This document shows positions 1 through 8,895 of a stretch of 64,000 nt of DNA, piece after piece. The position numbers and the translations under genes are program-made. The stretch covers positions 40,221 to 104,220 of the forward strand of contig SUVK01000001.1 in assembly GCA_015062055.1 (NCBI GenBank). The letters are read 5' to 3'. How positions within the stretch are numbered: position 1 is the stretch's first letter; every line of letters begins with the position of its first letter. The notes beneath the pieces were generated by a model. The model saw only the letters and a list, made by a program, of their open reading frames with translations. It made no database searches and was not told where the DNA came from. The stretch comes from Akkermansiaceae bacterium. Its GTDB lineage: Bacteria; Verrucomicrobiota; Verrucomicrobiia; Verrucomicrobiales; Akkermansiaceae.

Positions 1-1877
1 TTGAGGCCGTCGCGCTCAGCGCTTTGGGCGTAGTAGTAGCAGGCATCCGTGGCGTAGAGGAGCTCGTGCTCGCTGTCTCGGTAGTTAAAGCCGGCGTCTC
101 TTACCAGCAAGGCGCCCAGCTCGGCGCGGTGCTTGTGCAAGAGTTTGGCCAGTTTGTGTACGTACCGATAGGGCTCGGGGGGGGCTTTCTTTTGTTTGCC
201 GGCAGATTGGGCAATGTCTAATATGGCGTTTACGGTTTCGAAGTCTGCGCTGGTGTAGCGGTAGTCTTCTATGCCCGGGGCGGTGAGGGAGCGGTGAATG
301 CAGGTGAGGGGGGTCTCTACCGTTTGCCCGCCTATGCTCAGCGGTATGGGGGCTTGGGTGCGCTCTTGCTCTTGCTCTGCTGCGGCAAAAAATCGGGCGG
401 TGTAGGCTTCTTCTGTGCTTTGGGCCAGGTTGCCCGGTATAAAGTCGTCTGCCCCTTTGAAGGGGGCGATGGGGTCTTCTTCTCGCCCGCTGAGGGCTGC
501 CAGGAAGTGCTGGCGCATGCGGTTCCACCCCATGGAGTCGGGCTCGGGGGCGTAGCCGTGGGTGAGGTAGCCGTCGGGGCGAGAGAGCTCGTTGAGGAGG
601 TGGAGGAGGTGGGTCTCAAAGCCGTCTGTCTCGGCGTCTTCGGATTCGATGCCGGCAGAGAGTATCACGGTGGCGCCTTCGCGGGTGAGGCTGCGGCCGA
701 TGTGGTTGCCCAAGCCGGCGCGGAATACGAAGTGAGGCAGGCCTACGCGCCCGCACCTGCCCCAGTCTAACAGGGCGTAGCTGATGTCGAAGAGGTTGTG
801 GGTGCCGATAAGTGGGGTAATCAGTTTGGGCGATGTGCTGATGGCGGCGTGTACCAATTTTTTGAAACGGGCATCTGTAACGGCTTTGTTGGGGGCAGCG
901 GCATTTTGGTCTCCGTACTCAAAGTGCTTGATGCGCTCTTGGTTGAGGTGGCTGCCTTTGACGATGAGCACTTGAAGCGGTTTGGCGCCTTTGGCCGTGC
1001 GGGTGTTGCTCCATTCGGTGAGCTCTCTGAGCACGGCTTGGGCGTTGTTGAGGTAGGCCGGCAGCTCGATGGCGATGTTGGCTTGCTGTAAGTCGGGGTT
1101 GGCCAAGGCTTGTTTAATGCCCGAGATGATGACGGGTTGCAGGTCTGAGGTGCCGGTTTCGACAATGAGGGGGATGGAGAGCCCGCCGCTGATGGCTGCG
1201 TGGATGATGTGGGTGAGCTTTTTTGCCAGTTCTTTGGCGCCGGAGTCGGGCGCAAAGTGTGAGAGCGCGGGGCAGAGCCGCCATGGTTGGATGGTGAGAC
1301 CTACGCCGGTTTGGCGAGATAGGATGGACTCGAGATGCCGTGCGTATTTATCTGCGGCTTTGGGGCCGAATACCGTGGGCGATAAGGGAGAAAGTGCCGG
1401 GATAAGCTTGTGTTTGCTCCATTCTTTCACCTTTTTGTCTACTTTATCGAGGCGTGTAGGCAAGGTGAGCTCGCCGAAGGTGTTGCGGAAGATGCGGCGA
1501 ATCTCGTTGAGGGCGGCACCCTGCATACCCCGCGAGGCAATGGCTGCTGCTTTGAATCGCAAACGCGCCATGGCGCCGAAGAAGGTGGGCACTCCCCCGA
1601 AGTCGCTGAGCTGTTTGCGCAGGGTCTCACATTGTTTTTCTTCGCTGCTGCCGCGGAGTACTTCATCGCACAGGTGTACCAAAAATTCGCGGTTTTTCTC
1701 GTCGGCTGCCAAGCGGCTGAGGGCAGAGAGCAGGGCGCGCTCATCGGAGGTTAAGCGGCGTATGGAGTCGTCTCGCAATTTTTCTGCAAAGTCTACCGCG
1801 CGCTGAGCCAGCGTGCGGTCGTCCCACTTGCGGTCTTTTGCTTCATTGAGAATGGCGCTGATGTTGAGGTCTCCCAT
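1..1877 (-). CDS. PutA-like proline dehydrogenase/aldehyde dehydrogenase protein, N-terminal part (runs off window), catalytic motifs degenerate
   Basis: Hand-translated open frame from ATG 1877 (MGDLNISAILNEAKDRKWDDR...) to the edge with no stop; absent from the ORF track. PutA-like segments ELPAYLNN, LIVKGSHL, GTHNLFDIS, then an ALDH-like start. Promoter TTGCCA-N17-TACAAT just upstream. Confidence 0.7.
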   Translation of the reverse strand, partial: MGDLNISAILNEAKDRKWDDRTLAQRAVDFAEKLRDDSIRRLTSDERALLSALSRLAADEKNREFLVHLCDEVLRGSSEEKQCETLRKQLSDFGGVPTFFGAMARLRFKAAAIASRGMQGAALNEIRRIFRNTFGELTLPTRLDKVDKKVKEWSKHKLIPALSPLSPTVFGPKAADKYARHLESILSRQTGVGLTIQPWRLCPALSHFAPDSGAKELAKKLTHIIHAAISGGLSIPLIVETGTSDLQPVIISGIKQALANPDLQQANIAIELPAYLNNAQAVLRELTEWSNTRTAKGAKPLQVLIVKGSHLNQERIKHFEYGDQNAAAPNKAVTDARFKKLVHAAISTSPKLITPLIGTHNLFDISYALLDWGRCGRVGLPHFVFRAGLGNHIGRSLTREGATVILSAGIESEDAETDGFETHLLHLLNELSRPDGYLTHGYAPEPDSMGWNRMRQHFLAALSGREEDPIAPFKGADDFIPGNLAQSTEEAYTARFFAAAEQEQERTQAPIPLSIGGQTVETPLTCIHRSLTAPGIEDYRYTSADFETVNAILDIAQSAGKQKKAPPEPYRYVHKLAKLLHKHRAELGALLVRDAGFNYRDSEHELLYATDACYYYAQSAERDGL

Positions 1878-1948
1878 GGCGATGCGCTTATTGTAACCTG
1901 TATCTTCTTTGTTGGCAAGTTTTATATGTTATGGCGGGCGGGGCTGTC

Positions 1949-2707
1949 TCAGTTTTTGATGATGCCCCAGTTAATTTGGCGTGCCGCCAGCTCGGCGATG
2001 AGGCTTTGTATGGCGTCTTCGGCCTCTTCTTCGCTGATGCCGGTGTCGCCGCCCCAGTAGCTGCCTACCTGCAAGTAGGCCCAGCGCTGGGTGCGCCCCA
2101 GGGCAAAGCGGTCCCACATGTCGTAGAGGGTGCGTTGCAGGTGCGAGTGGCAAATGCGGTCGTGCCCTACAAAAACATAATAATGAATGTGTTGTATTCT
2201 GGTATCGGTGTCGTTACCGGGTATGGTGAATGATTGCAGTCGGCGCAGGGTGATTTTTTTGCCGTTGGCCAGTTGCAGGGTGGTATCGGTGCCGGTGAGC
2301 TCCATGTGCCCTTGGGTGGGTAGGCAGCGCTCGGGGCGGTGGATGGAGGCATTCATGTCTCTGCCCGAGTAGACGATGGAGACGGCTACCTGTGGCCCAT
2401 AGCAGTATGCTTGGTTGGCTGCCGGGGCTTGCCCGGGTAAGAGCAGGTCGCCCGAGGCTTCGTTGCTGTAGCAGCGGCGGTATACGGCTTTGCTGAACTC
2501 GGTGTCGGTGGCCAAGCTACCACGCTCTTTGGCCGAGGGTTGCGTCTTTTCGCCGTACCAGCCCGGTATGGTGGTGCCCACGGGGAGCTCTGCCGATATG
2601 GCAGACTCTTTCAGCTCTGCGTCAAAGGGTAATATGTAAATGAGGCAAAGCAGAAGCGCCAATACTGCCGGCGGGAGAATGAGGGGGAGGTGTTTTTTGA
2701 GGTTCAT
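1949..2707 (-). CDS. epsI: Exosortase-associated EpsI family protein
   Basis: N-terminal TM; SIVYSGRDMNASIHRPERCLPTQG matches the EpsI motif; 4-nt overlap with exosortase. Confidence 0.8.
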   Translation of the reverse strand: MNLKKHLPLILPPAVLALLLCLIYILPFDAELKESAISAELPVGTTIPGWYGEKTQPSAKERGSLATDTEFSKAVYRRCYSNEASGDLLLPGQAPAANQAYCYGPQVAVSIVYSGRDMNASIHRPERCLPTQGHMELTGTDTTLQLANGKKITLRRLQSFTIPGNDTDTRIQHIHYYVFVGHDRICHSHLQRTLYDMWDRFALGRTQRWAYLQVGSYWGGDTGISEEEAEDAIQSLIAELAARQINWGIIKN

Positions 2708-3681
2708 GCGCGGTCTCCTTTCTCGTCTGCAGGGGCTTCGTCGGCTGTCGCGTTATGTTTGCGGGTTACGGTTTTTCGTTTGCGGATGAATGGTAACTCA
2801 CCCGCCAGCAGACCATGCAGTAGGGCTAAGCCTATTAGGGTGGCGGGGAAGAAGAAGAGTAGCCCCGACCAGTCGTGCCAGGTTTTGCCGGCAAAGGTGG
2901 GGTCTACGTACTCTGCAAATAAACAGATGCTGGAGATGCGGAAGATGTTGCCGATGATGGCAAGCGGTATGGCGCTGACGGCCAACAAAAAGCGTTTCCA
3001 TAGTGCCAGGGTGTCTGCCAAATAGGCCCAGACGATAGAAATCATCAACAGGGCCATCAGTGAGCGTATGCCGGAGCAGCCGCCTACGATGTCGAAGGAG
3101 TCCCAAGTGCCGTTGGCGGCGGCGATTTTGCTGCCGGCCAAAATGGTTTCCACACCGCAGAGGCTGGCTACGGCATGGGCACCGTGTGCGGTGAGAGATT
3201 GCAAGCTTGTGGTGGCTTGCTGCAGGCCGGGCAGGGGGATGGCCATCCACAAAAAGAACAGCGGGAAAGCGCAGGTGAGGGCCGCCTTGCGCCCCCAGTA
3301 ACACCACACGGCCCCGCTAAGCAAAAAAGGTACGGCTCCGATAACGACGCGCGGCTGCTGGCTGCGCGCGGCCAGTATGCAAAACAGCCCCCCCACTAAG
3401 GTTATCCACAGGCCTTTCAGGCTGCCTTGCACCGGGGCGGTTTCTAACTTTTTGGCTGCACGGCACATCATGTAAATGCACAGCAGTGGTATCATCCAGC
3501 CGTGTTCATAGTCGGTCTCGGGGGTCCAGGCAGATTCCAACCAGGCGGCGGCACTCTGCGTGTTACCCATGAACCCTTTGTAAAAAAATACAAAAAGAAC
3601 AGTTAATGCCAAATAGATGCCTATACTTATCCAATGTGTTAATGGTAAACGTAGTAGGGTTGTTTTTTGCGTGCTGTCCAT
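2704..3681 (-). CDS. Exosortase (EpsH/Xrt family)
   Basis: Multi-TM; DYEHGWMIP, GGCSGIRSL (catalytic Cys), GNIFRI (Arg), HDWSG (His). Confidence 0.9.
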   Translation of the reverse strand: MDSTQKTTLLRLPLTHWISIGIYLALTVLFVFFYKGFMGNTQSAAAWLESAWTPETDYEHGWMIPLLCIYMMCRAAKKLETAPVQGSLKGLWITLVGGLFCILAARSQQPRVVIGAVPFLLSGAVWCYWGRKAALTCAFPLFFLWMAIPLPGLQQATTSLQSLTAHGAHAVASLCGVETILAGSKIAAANGTWDSFDIVGGCSGIRSLMALLMISIVWAYLADTLALWKRFLLAVSAIPLAIIGNIFRISSICLFAEYVDPTFAGKTWHDWSGLLFFFPATLIGLALLHGLLAGELPFIRKRKTVTRKHNATADEAPADEKGDRA

Positions 3682-3780
3682 TTTATTTTACCGTAAAAAA
3701 GTGTGTGCGTCTGTGCTTTTAGTATTGATATTTTCTCGAAAATGTCAAGAATAGACGTGCGCTCACCCATATTCTCGCAC

Positions 3781-4719
3781 ATGAAAATTATCAGTGGAAC
3801 AGCACATCCTCAGTTAGCCAAAGACATCGCCGCCGAGTTGGGGCTTCCCCTTTGCGATGCCACCGTTAATGCTTTCCCCGATGGCGAAAGCTTCGTTCAG
3901 ATCAATGAGTCCATTCGCGGTGAAGATGTTTTCATCGTGCAGCCGACTTGTCCGCCGACCAACCATAACCTGATGGAGTTGTTGGTGATGGTAGATGCCG
4001 TGCGCCGTGCCAGTGCCAGCCGCATTACTGCCGTAATGCCGTTCTATGGCTATGCTCGCCAAGACCGTAAAGACAAGCCCAGAGTGCCTATCACCTCTAA
4101 GTTGGTGGCTAATCTTCTTACCGCAGCGGGGGTTAACCGTGTGCTGACGATGGATTTGCACGCTGCGCAGATTCAGGGCTTCTTTGAAATCCCCGTAGAC
4201 CATTTGTACTCTCTGCCCGTGCTCATTAAGCACCTTAAAGAGCATTATGTGAAGGATATCAATAACTTGGTGGTTGTTTCACCCGATATCGGTGGTGTGA
4301 AGAATGCCAAGTCGTACGCCAATATCCTCGGTACCCAGTTGGCCATTGTGGCTAAACAGCGTATATCTGCAACAGAGGTAGACGCCCACGCCCTCATCGG
4401 CGATGTCGCCGGTAAAGATGTGTTGCTGGTGGACGATATGACGGAGTCCGGTGGTACTCTTTGTGCTGCTGCCGACATCCTTAAACGGCATGGTGCTGCA
4501 CGTATCTTCGCCGGTGTGTCCCACGCCGTGCTCAACGAGAAAGCCCGCACCCGCTTGGCTGATAGCCCCATCGAGTGCCTGCTGACCTCCGACTCCGTAC
4601 CCATGGCTTGTGGCTCGGAGCGTGTAGACACCGTCAGCATTGCGCCTCTTTTTGCACAGGCAATCGCCAATATTCACAATAATGCCTCTGTAACCCACTT
4701 GTTCGAGGTAGGCTGCTGA
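3781..4719 (+). CDS. prs: Ribose-phosphate pyrophosphokinase
   Basis: MKIISGTAHPQLA start; YGYARQDRK, DLHAAQIQGFF, VSPDIGG, LVDDMTESGGT. Confidence 0.97.
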   Translation: MKIISGTAHPQLAKDIAAELGLPLCDATVNAFPDGESFVQINESIRGEDVFIVQPTCPPTNHNLMELLVMVDAVRRASASRITAVMPFYGYARQDRKDKPRVPITSKLVANLLTAAGVNRVLTMDLHAAQIQGFFEIPVDHLYSLPVLIKHLKEHYVKDINNLVVVSPDIGGVKNAKSYANILGTQLAIVAKQRISATEVDAHALIGDVAGKDVLLVDDMTESGGTLCAAADILKRHGAARIFAGVSHAVLNEKARTRLADSPIECLLTSDSVPMACGSERVDTVSIAPLFAQAIANIHNNASVTHLFEVGC

Positions 4720-4741
4720 GGTACATTCATCTCACATATAG

Positions 4742-4777
4742 GCCATATGCCCTGCCACCGGGGTATATGGCTTTTTT
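4742..4777 (+). terminator. Rho-independent terminator after prs
   Basis: gccatatgccc...gggtatatggc followed by tttttt. Confidence 0.7.
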
Positions 4778-4859
4778 ATTGGTTGCGGTGTGCGTAAAAT
4801 CTGCCGGCGTGGCATGCTTTTTGTGTGACAAACGGGGGTATATGTGTTAGAGTTTGGGC

Positions 4860-6941
4860 ATGAATCAAAGTGCTGCGGTCAAAAAACGCTTGGTTGAGAG
4901 TCCTGTTGGTACGGTGCTTGCGGTGATGCTGGGGGTATTGTGGCTGGTTTCTATGGCGGTGGTAGATGGCCACGCCCTGTCGTTTTACCCGGCCGGGTGG
5001 GGGCTTTTGGCGATCATCGGCGTCTATTTTGTGACACAGCTGATGGGGTACAAGGTGGTGCGTATATCGTGCACGGCGTGGACGGGGCTTTTGGCGGGGG
5101 GGTATTTTTTGTTGAGGTGTTTGTATAGCCCATCTACCGTAGCAACTTGGCACGAGTTGGGGTTGATTGTGGGGGCATTTGTTTTTTATATGGCCGGTGT
5201 GTATGCAGCTCAGCAGTCCGACAATAAACGCATCATCACCTTATTGGTGGTGGCGGTGTTGTTAAATGCTGCCGCCTACATGCTGATGCAAGACCCCGCC
5301 ACGAGTGTGCGCATGCTTGGGCGCCCCGAAACAAGTTTGATAGGGCCGAATAACCGCAATGTCTCTCTGTTTGTTTACAAAAATTTTGCCGGTCTGAGTT
5401 TTGCGATTTTTGGCATGCTTTTGGTGTGGTATGCGGTATGGCGGCATAAGTTTTGCGCCGAAACTGTCGTGTGCCTGGTAGTGGGCGTGGGGGCTTGTTT
5501 GGCTTCTTTTTACTGCTCGACTCGTATTATATGGCTGGGATTACCACTGATGGTAGCCGTAGGGGCCGGTTTGTCGGCATTTTTGAGCGTGTACCAAAAG
5601 AAGCCTCTTAACTTGTACCAGTTGGTTTTGTTGATTGCAGGCGGAATCGGTATTCTTGTTTTTGTGGCAGACCTCTTTATGGGGCACGAGATAGTGAATA
5701 AAGTTTTTGAGGTTAATTCGCATACACGTTTCCAGATTTGGTCTTTTGCATGGTTGAATGTGGCCGATGCGCCTTTGTGTGGTTATGGGGCTGCCGAGGC
5801 TCAGTGGGTGTTTTCCCCGGTTTACCCGTGCCGCTGTTTGCCCAATTATGTACACAACGAATATTTGCAGGTGTGGATGGATTATGGCATTGTCGGGGTA
5901 GTGTTGATGTTTCTGCTTATTTTCGGTCACTTGTTCCATGGTATGCGCGCGATGGCATCGGAGCACGTGGACGAAGCCCAAAAAATAAAAATCGCGATGG
6001 CTTTCTTGTGTGTTGTGGCAATGGCTGCTGCTGCTTTGACTGATTTTGTGTGGCACAATTTTGCTTTGGTTTCGCTTACGGCTTTTGCTTTCGGTATACT
6101 CGCCACCCCGTTTGCACAGGCGCCGTTGCGCTTATTTGATTTCCGGTATTGGGCACCGGGCTCGGGAGCTTCTGTACGCCGGTTACGGGCCCAGAGTGGT
6201 GTTTTCAAAGTGTTGATGCTGGCTTTGGCTTTGGGTGTGGGGTGCTGCATAGCTTGGCTTACCCGTCAGATTGCTCCTGCATGGCGTGCGCAGTGGGAGT
6301 ATGATGCCATGTGTGCCAATGGTGAGAGCCCCGCCCGCCAACGCGCTTTCTTGAGTGAATGTGTAGCGTGTTACCCCGACCACGGACTGGCGGATCAATA
6401 CTTGCTATTGTCGGTGGATGGGGGGATAGCGTGGCCGGAGTATGAAAAAATGCTGCGTACGGTTCTTGAGCATACCCCACGCCAGATTTTTATTGCTGCG
6501 CTGCTTGCAGATGTTTTGGACCGGCAGCAGCGTTTCGAAGAGTCAGAGGGGCTCTTTCGCCAATATTACAAGGCCGATGGGCAAGATAATAAGGAGCTAT
6601 ATTATTGGACGGATGTCTATGTGCTGCATCTTTTTGCTTGGGGGGATTATCTGCTGCGTACGGGGCAGCCTCAGCGTGCTTTGTCGTTGTTCTTGTACGG
6701 TGAGCAGTTGATGAAAAGTGGCCCCATCCCTTGGATGAAAGAATATAACCCCGAGCGTGATAAACGCCTGCGTTTGCGTTACCGTGTCAAAATTTACAGA
6801 AAGGCATTTGTAGAGCATTGCCTCACCGAATTGTATATTTTGAAATCTACCGGTATTACGCCCGACCATTCGTGGAAAAAGCCCCTGCAACCCGGCGGTA
6901 AACCTGCCCTTTACTCTCGTTATATGCAATCAGAAAACTAG
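4860..6941 (+). CDS. O-antigen ligase (Wzy_C)-family membrane protein with helical C-terminal domain
   Basis: Many TMs; HTRFQIW, GYG and VHNEYLQVWMDYGIVG match the family signature; soluble TPR-like tail. Confidence 0.8.
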   Translation: MNQSAAVKKRLVESPVGTVLAVMLGVLWLVSMAVVDGHALSFYPAGWGLLAIIGVYFVTQLMGYKVVRISCTAWTGLLAGGYFLLRCLYSPSTVATWHELGLIVGAFVFYMAGVYAAQQSDNKRIITLLVVAVLLNAAAYMLMQDPATSVRMLGRPETSLIGPNNRNVSLFVYKNFAGLSFAIFGMLLVWYAVWRHKFCAETVVCLVVGVGACLASFYCSTRIIWLGLPLMVAVGAGLSAFLSVYQKKPLNLYQLVLLIAGGIGILVFVADLFMGHEIVNKVFEVNSHTRFQIWSFAWLNVADAPLCGYGAAEAQWVFSPVYPCRCLPNYVHNEYLQVWMDYGIVGVVLMFLLIFGHLFHGMRAMASEHVDEAQKIKIAMAFLCVVAMAAAALTDFVWHNFALVSLTAFAFGILATPFAQAPLRLFDFRYWAPGSGASVRRLRAQSGVFKVLMLALALGVGCCIAWLTRQIAPAWRAQWEYDAMCANGESPARQRAFLSECVACYPDHGLADQYLLLSVDGGIAWPEYEKMLRTVLEHTPRQIFIAALLADVLDRQQRFEESEGLFRQYYKADGQDNKELYYWTDVYVLHLFAWGDYLLRTGQPQRALSLFLYGEQLMKSGPIPWMKEYNPERDKRLRLRYRVKIYRKAFVEHCLTELYILKSTGITPDHSWKKPLQPGGKPALYSRYMQSEN

Positions 6942-7081
6942 TTTTACCCCCAAAATTCTCGTTTCTTCTTGCTGCGTGTAAAAAAAAATGCCTCGGGGTG
7001 CGTTTTCTGCTTGCAATAATGAAAAAAAAGTGCAATATAAAAGAAATCCGCCTTGGCGGCATATAGACTTTACTGACTGTT

Positions 7082-8068
7082 ATGAGTACACCTCCTCCGC
7101 CCCCTTCGCCTGTTCGTCCCGGTGCGCCTGCCGCTCCGGGGGCTCCTCGTCCTGCTGTGCCTGCAGCTGTACCTACGCGCCCCATGCCGCCTAAGCCTGC
7201 CGGTGCACCCGGTGCCCCTGTGGCTCCTGCTCGTCCGGTTGCTACAACTGTACCTCTTTCTGCGCCCAAGCCTCCCGCAGCCCCCGGTGCGCCTAAGCCT
7301 CCCGCAGCCCCCGGTGCGCCTAAGCCTCCCGCAGCCCCCGGTGCTCCCTCGATTCCTCTTGCTCCCAAACCCACGGCTCCCGTTGCGCCCAAACCTGTCG
7401 CGCCGACGGCTCCTGTGGCTCCCGGTGCTCCCAGACCCGCAGCACCCACGATTCCTCTGAGCGTGCCGAGCCGCCCCGCAGCCCCCGGTGCTCCCAAGCC
7501 CGGTGCACCTTCCGCTCCGTCTCCTGCAACTCAGCCTGCCGCTGCCCCCAAGCCTGCCGCTCCTAAACCTGCCGGTGCTCAAACCGCAGCCATGCCTGCT
7601 GCTACCGCGCCCGTTGGTAAGCCCGCCGGTTTCACTAAACCTGCCGGTTTCTCCAAACCTGCCGGTTTCGGTAAAGCTGCCAAGGAGGAGGATGAAGAGC
7701 CGAAGAAGGTTGGCCCCGTAGTGCTGGTAATCTGCATTCTCAGCTTGTTGGTATCTCTCTTCGCTGTTTGGGTACAGTATTCTACCGATCAGACCCCGAA
7801 CCGCATGGCGGCTGAGGCTGACTACATCTTCGGGCTCCCTGCTGATTCCGGTGCTGCTGCTCCGGCTGATGACAGCTCTTCTGCCCCCGCTGCATCCGCT
7901 GCTGACGAGGAGGAATCCGATGATGAGGAGGAATCCGATGATGAGGATAGTTCTGACGAGGAGACAGCATCTGAGGAAGAGTCCTCCGAAGAAGAACCAG
8001 CTGAAGAAGAAGCTGCTGAAGAAGAAACTGCAGAGGAGGAGGAGCCCTCTGATGACGCAGAAGAGTAA
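7082..8068 (+). CDS. Pro/Ala-rich single-pass membrane protein with acidic C-terminus
   Basis: About 200 aa Pro/Ala-rich, TM VGPVVLVICILSLLVSLFAVWV, Glu/Asp tail; host-like codons. Confidence 0.8.
   Translation: MSTPPPPPSPVRPGAPAAPGAPRPAVPAAVPTRPMPPKPAGAPGAPVAPARPVATTVPLSAPKPPAAPGAPKPPAAPGAPKPPAAPGAPSIPLAPKPTAPVAPKPVAPTAPVAPGAPRPAAPTIPLSVPSRPAAPGAPKPGAPSAPSPATQPAAAPKPAAPKPAGAQTAAMPAATAPVGKPAGFTKPAGFSKPAGFGKAAKEEDEEPKKVGPVVLVICILSLLVSLFAVWVQYSTDQTPNRMAAEADYIFGLPADSGAAAPADDSSSAPAASAADEEESDDEEESDDEDSSDEETASEEESSEEEPAEEEAAEEETAEEEEPSDDAEE
7268..7348 (+). repeat. 27-bp coding tandem repeat x3 (KPPAAPGAP)
   Basis: aagcctcccgcagcccccggtgcgcct at 7268, 7295 and 7322. Confidence 0.9.
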
Positions 8069-8114
8069 TATTTTATTCAACGGGGCTTTACCCCGTTACG
8101 TCTAAGAAAATACT

Positions 8115-8432
8115 ATGGCATTACAAATTACAGAAAACAATTTCGAGGCAGAGGTTCTCAACTCTGAGGTACCGGTGTTGATAGACTTCTGGGCAACATG
8201 GTGTGGCCCGTGCAAGATGATTTCCCCCATCGTAGACCAGGTGGCTGTAGAAGTTGCCGGCTCTGCTAAGGTGGGCAAGGTAAACGTTGACGAGGCTGCC
8301 GATTTGGCTCGTCGCTACAACGTGCGCAACATCCCCACGCTCGTTTTCGTCAAGAACGGCGAAGAGGTTGATCGCATTACCGGTGCTACTTCTAAAGATA
8401 ACATCTTGGCTCACCTGCGCGCTCTCATGTAA
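8115..8432 (+). CDS. trxA: Thioredoxin
   Basis: DFWATWCGPCKMI; 105 aa. Confidence 0.97.
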   Translation: MALQITENNFEAEVLNSEVPVLIDFWATWCGPCKMISPIVDQVAVEVAGSAKVGKVNVDEAADLARRYNVRNIPTLVFVKNGEEVDRITGATSKDNILAHLRALM

Positions 8433-8455
8433 TAGAGCACTGCATGCTTAATTTT

Positions 8456-8498
8456 GACCCCCGGTTGGCATTGCTGTACCGGGGGTCGCTGTTTTTTT
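8456..8498 (+). terminator. Terminator after trxA
   Basis: gacccccggt...accgggggtc then a T-run. Confidence 0.7.
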
Positions 8499-8568
8499 TG
8501 AATGCTGCTTTCTGACTCTATACAAAAAAGCCGCTCGGGCTTGCATTACCCGAACGGCTTCTCTCGAA

Positions 8569-8640
8569 TAGTCTCGCCTGGATTCGAACCAAGACAAAGA
8601 GAATCAAAATCTCTTGTGCTACCTTTACACCACGAGACCA
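8569..8640 (-). tRNA. tRNA-Gln(UUG)
   Basis: Minus strand TGGTCTC...GAGACTA; anticodon arm AAGAGA-TTTTGAT-TCTCTT; GGTTCGAATCC; terminator hairpin at about 8525-8560. Confidence 0.95.
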
Positions 8641-8895
8641 CTCGCGGTTAGTGATTGGACACTAAAACCGCAGGGAAAATACTATATTTGATGCCTTTTG
8701 TCAAGCTCAGAAGTGAAAAAGTGCGCATTTTTTTCAAAATTGAGCCATTTTGTTAAAAAAATAAAACATTTTGTTGTCATAATACAAAAAAATACTTGCA
8801 TTTATAAAAACAGTTGCTATAATTTAACTAAACCGCAGAAGCGTATACAAACATTCTGCGTAGTGAGATACATTTTTATCGGAAAGGAGAACACA

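Noticed and set aside
3402-3410. DnaA box TTATCCACA as an origin
   Set aside because: Single copy inside the exosortase CDS; no cluster, unwinding element or dnaA.
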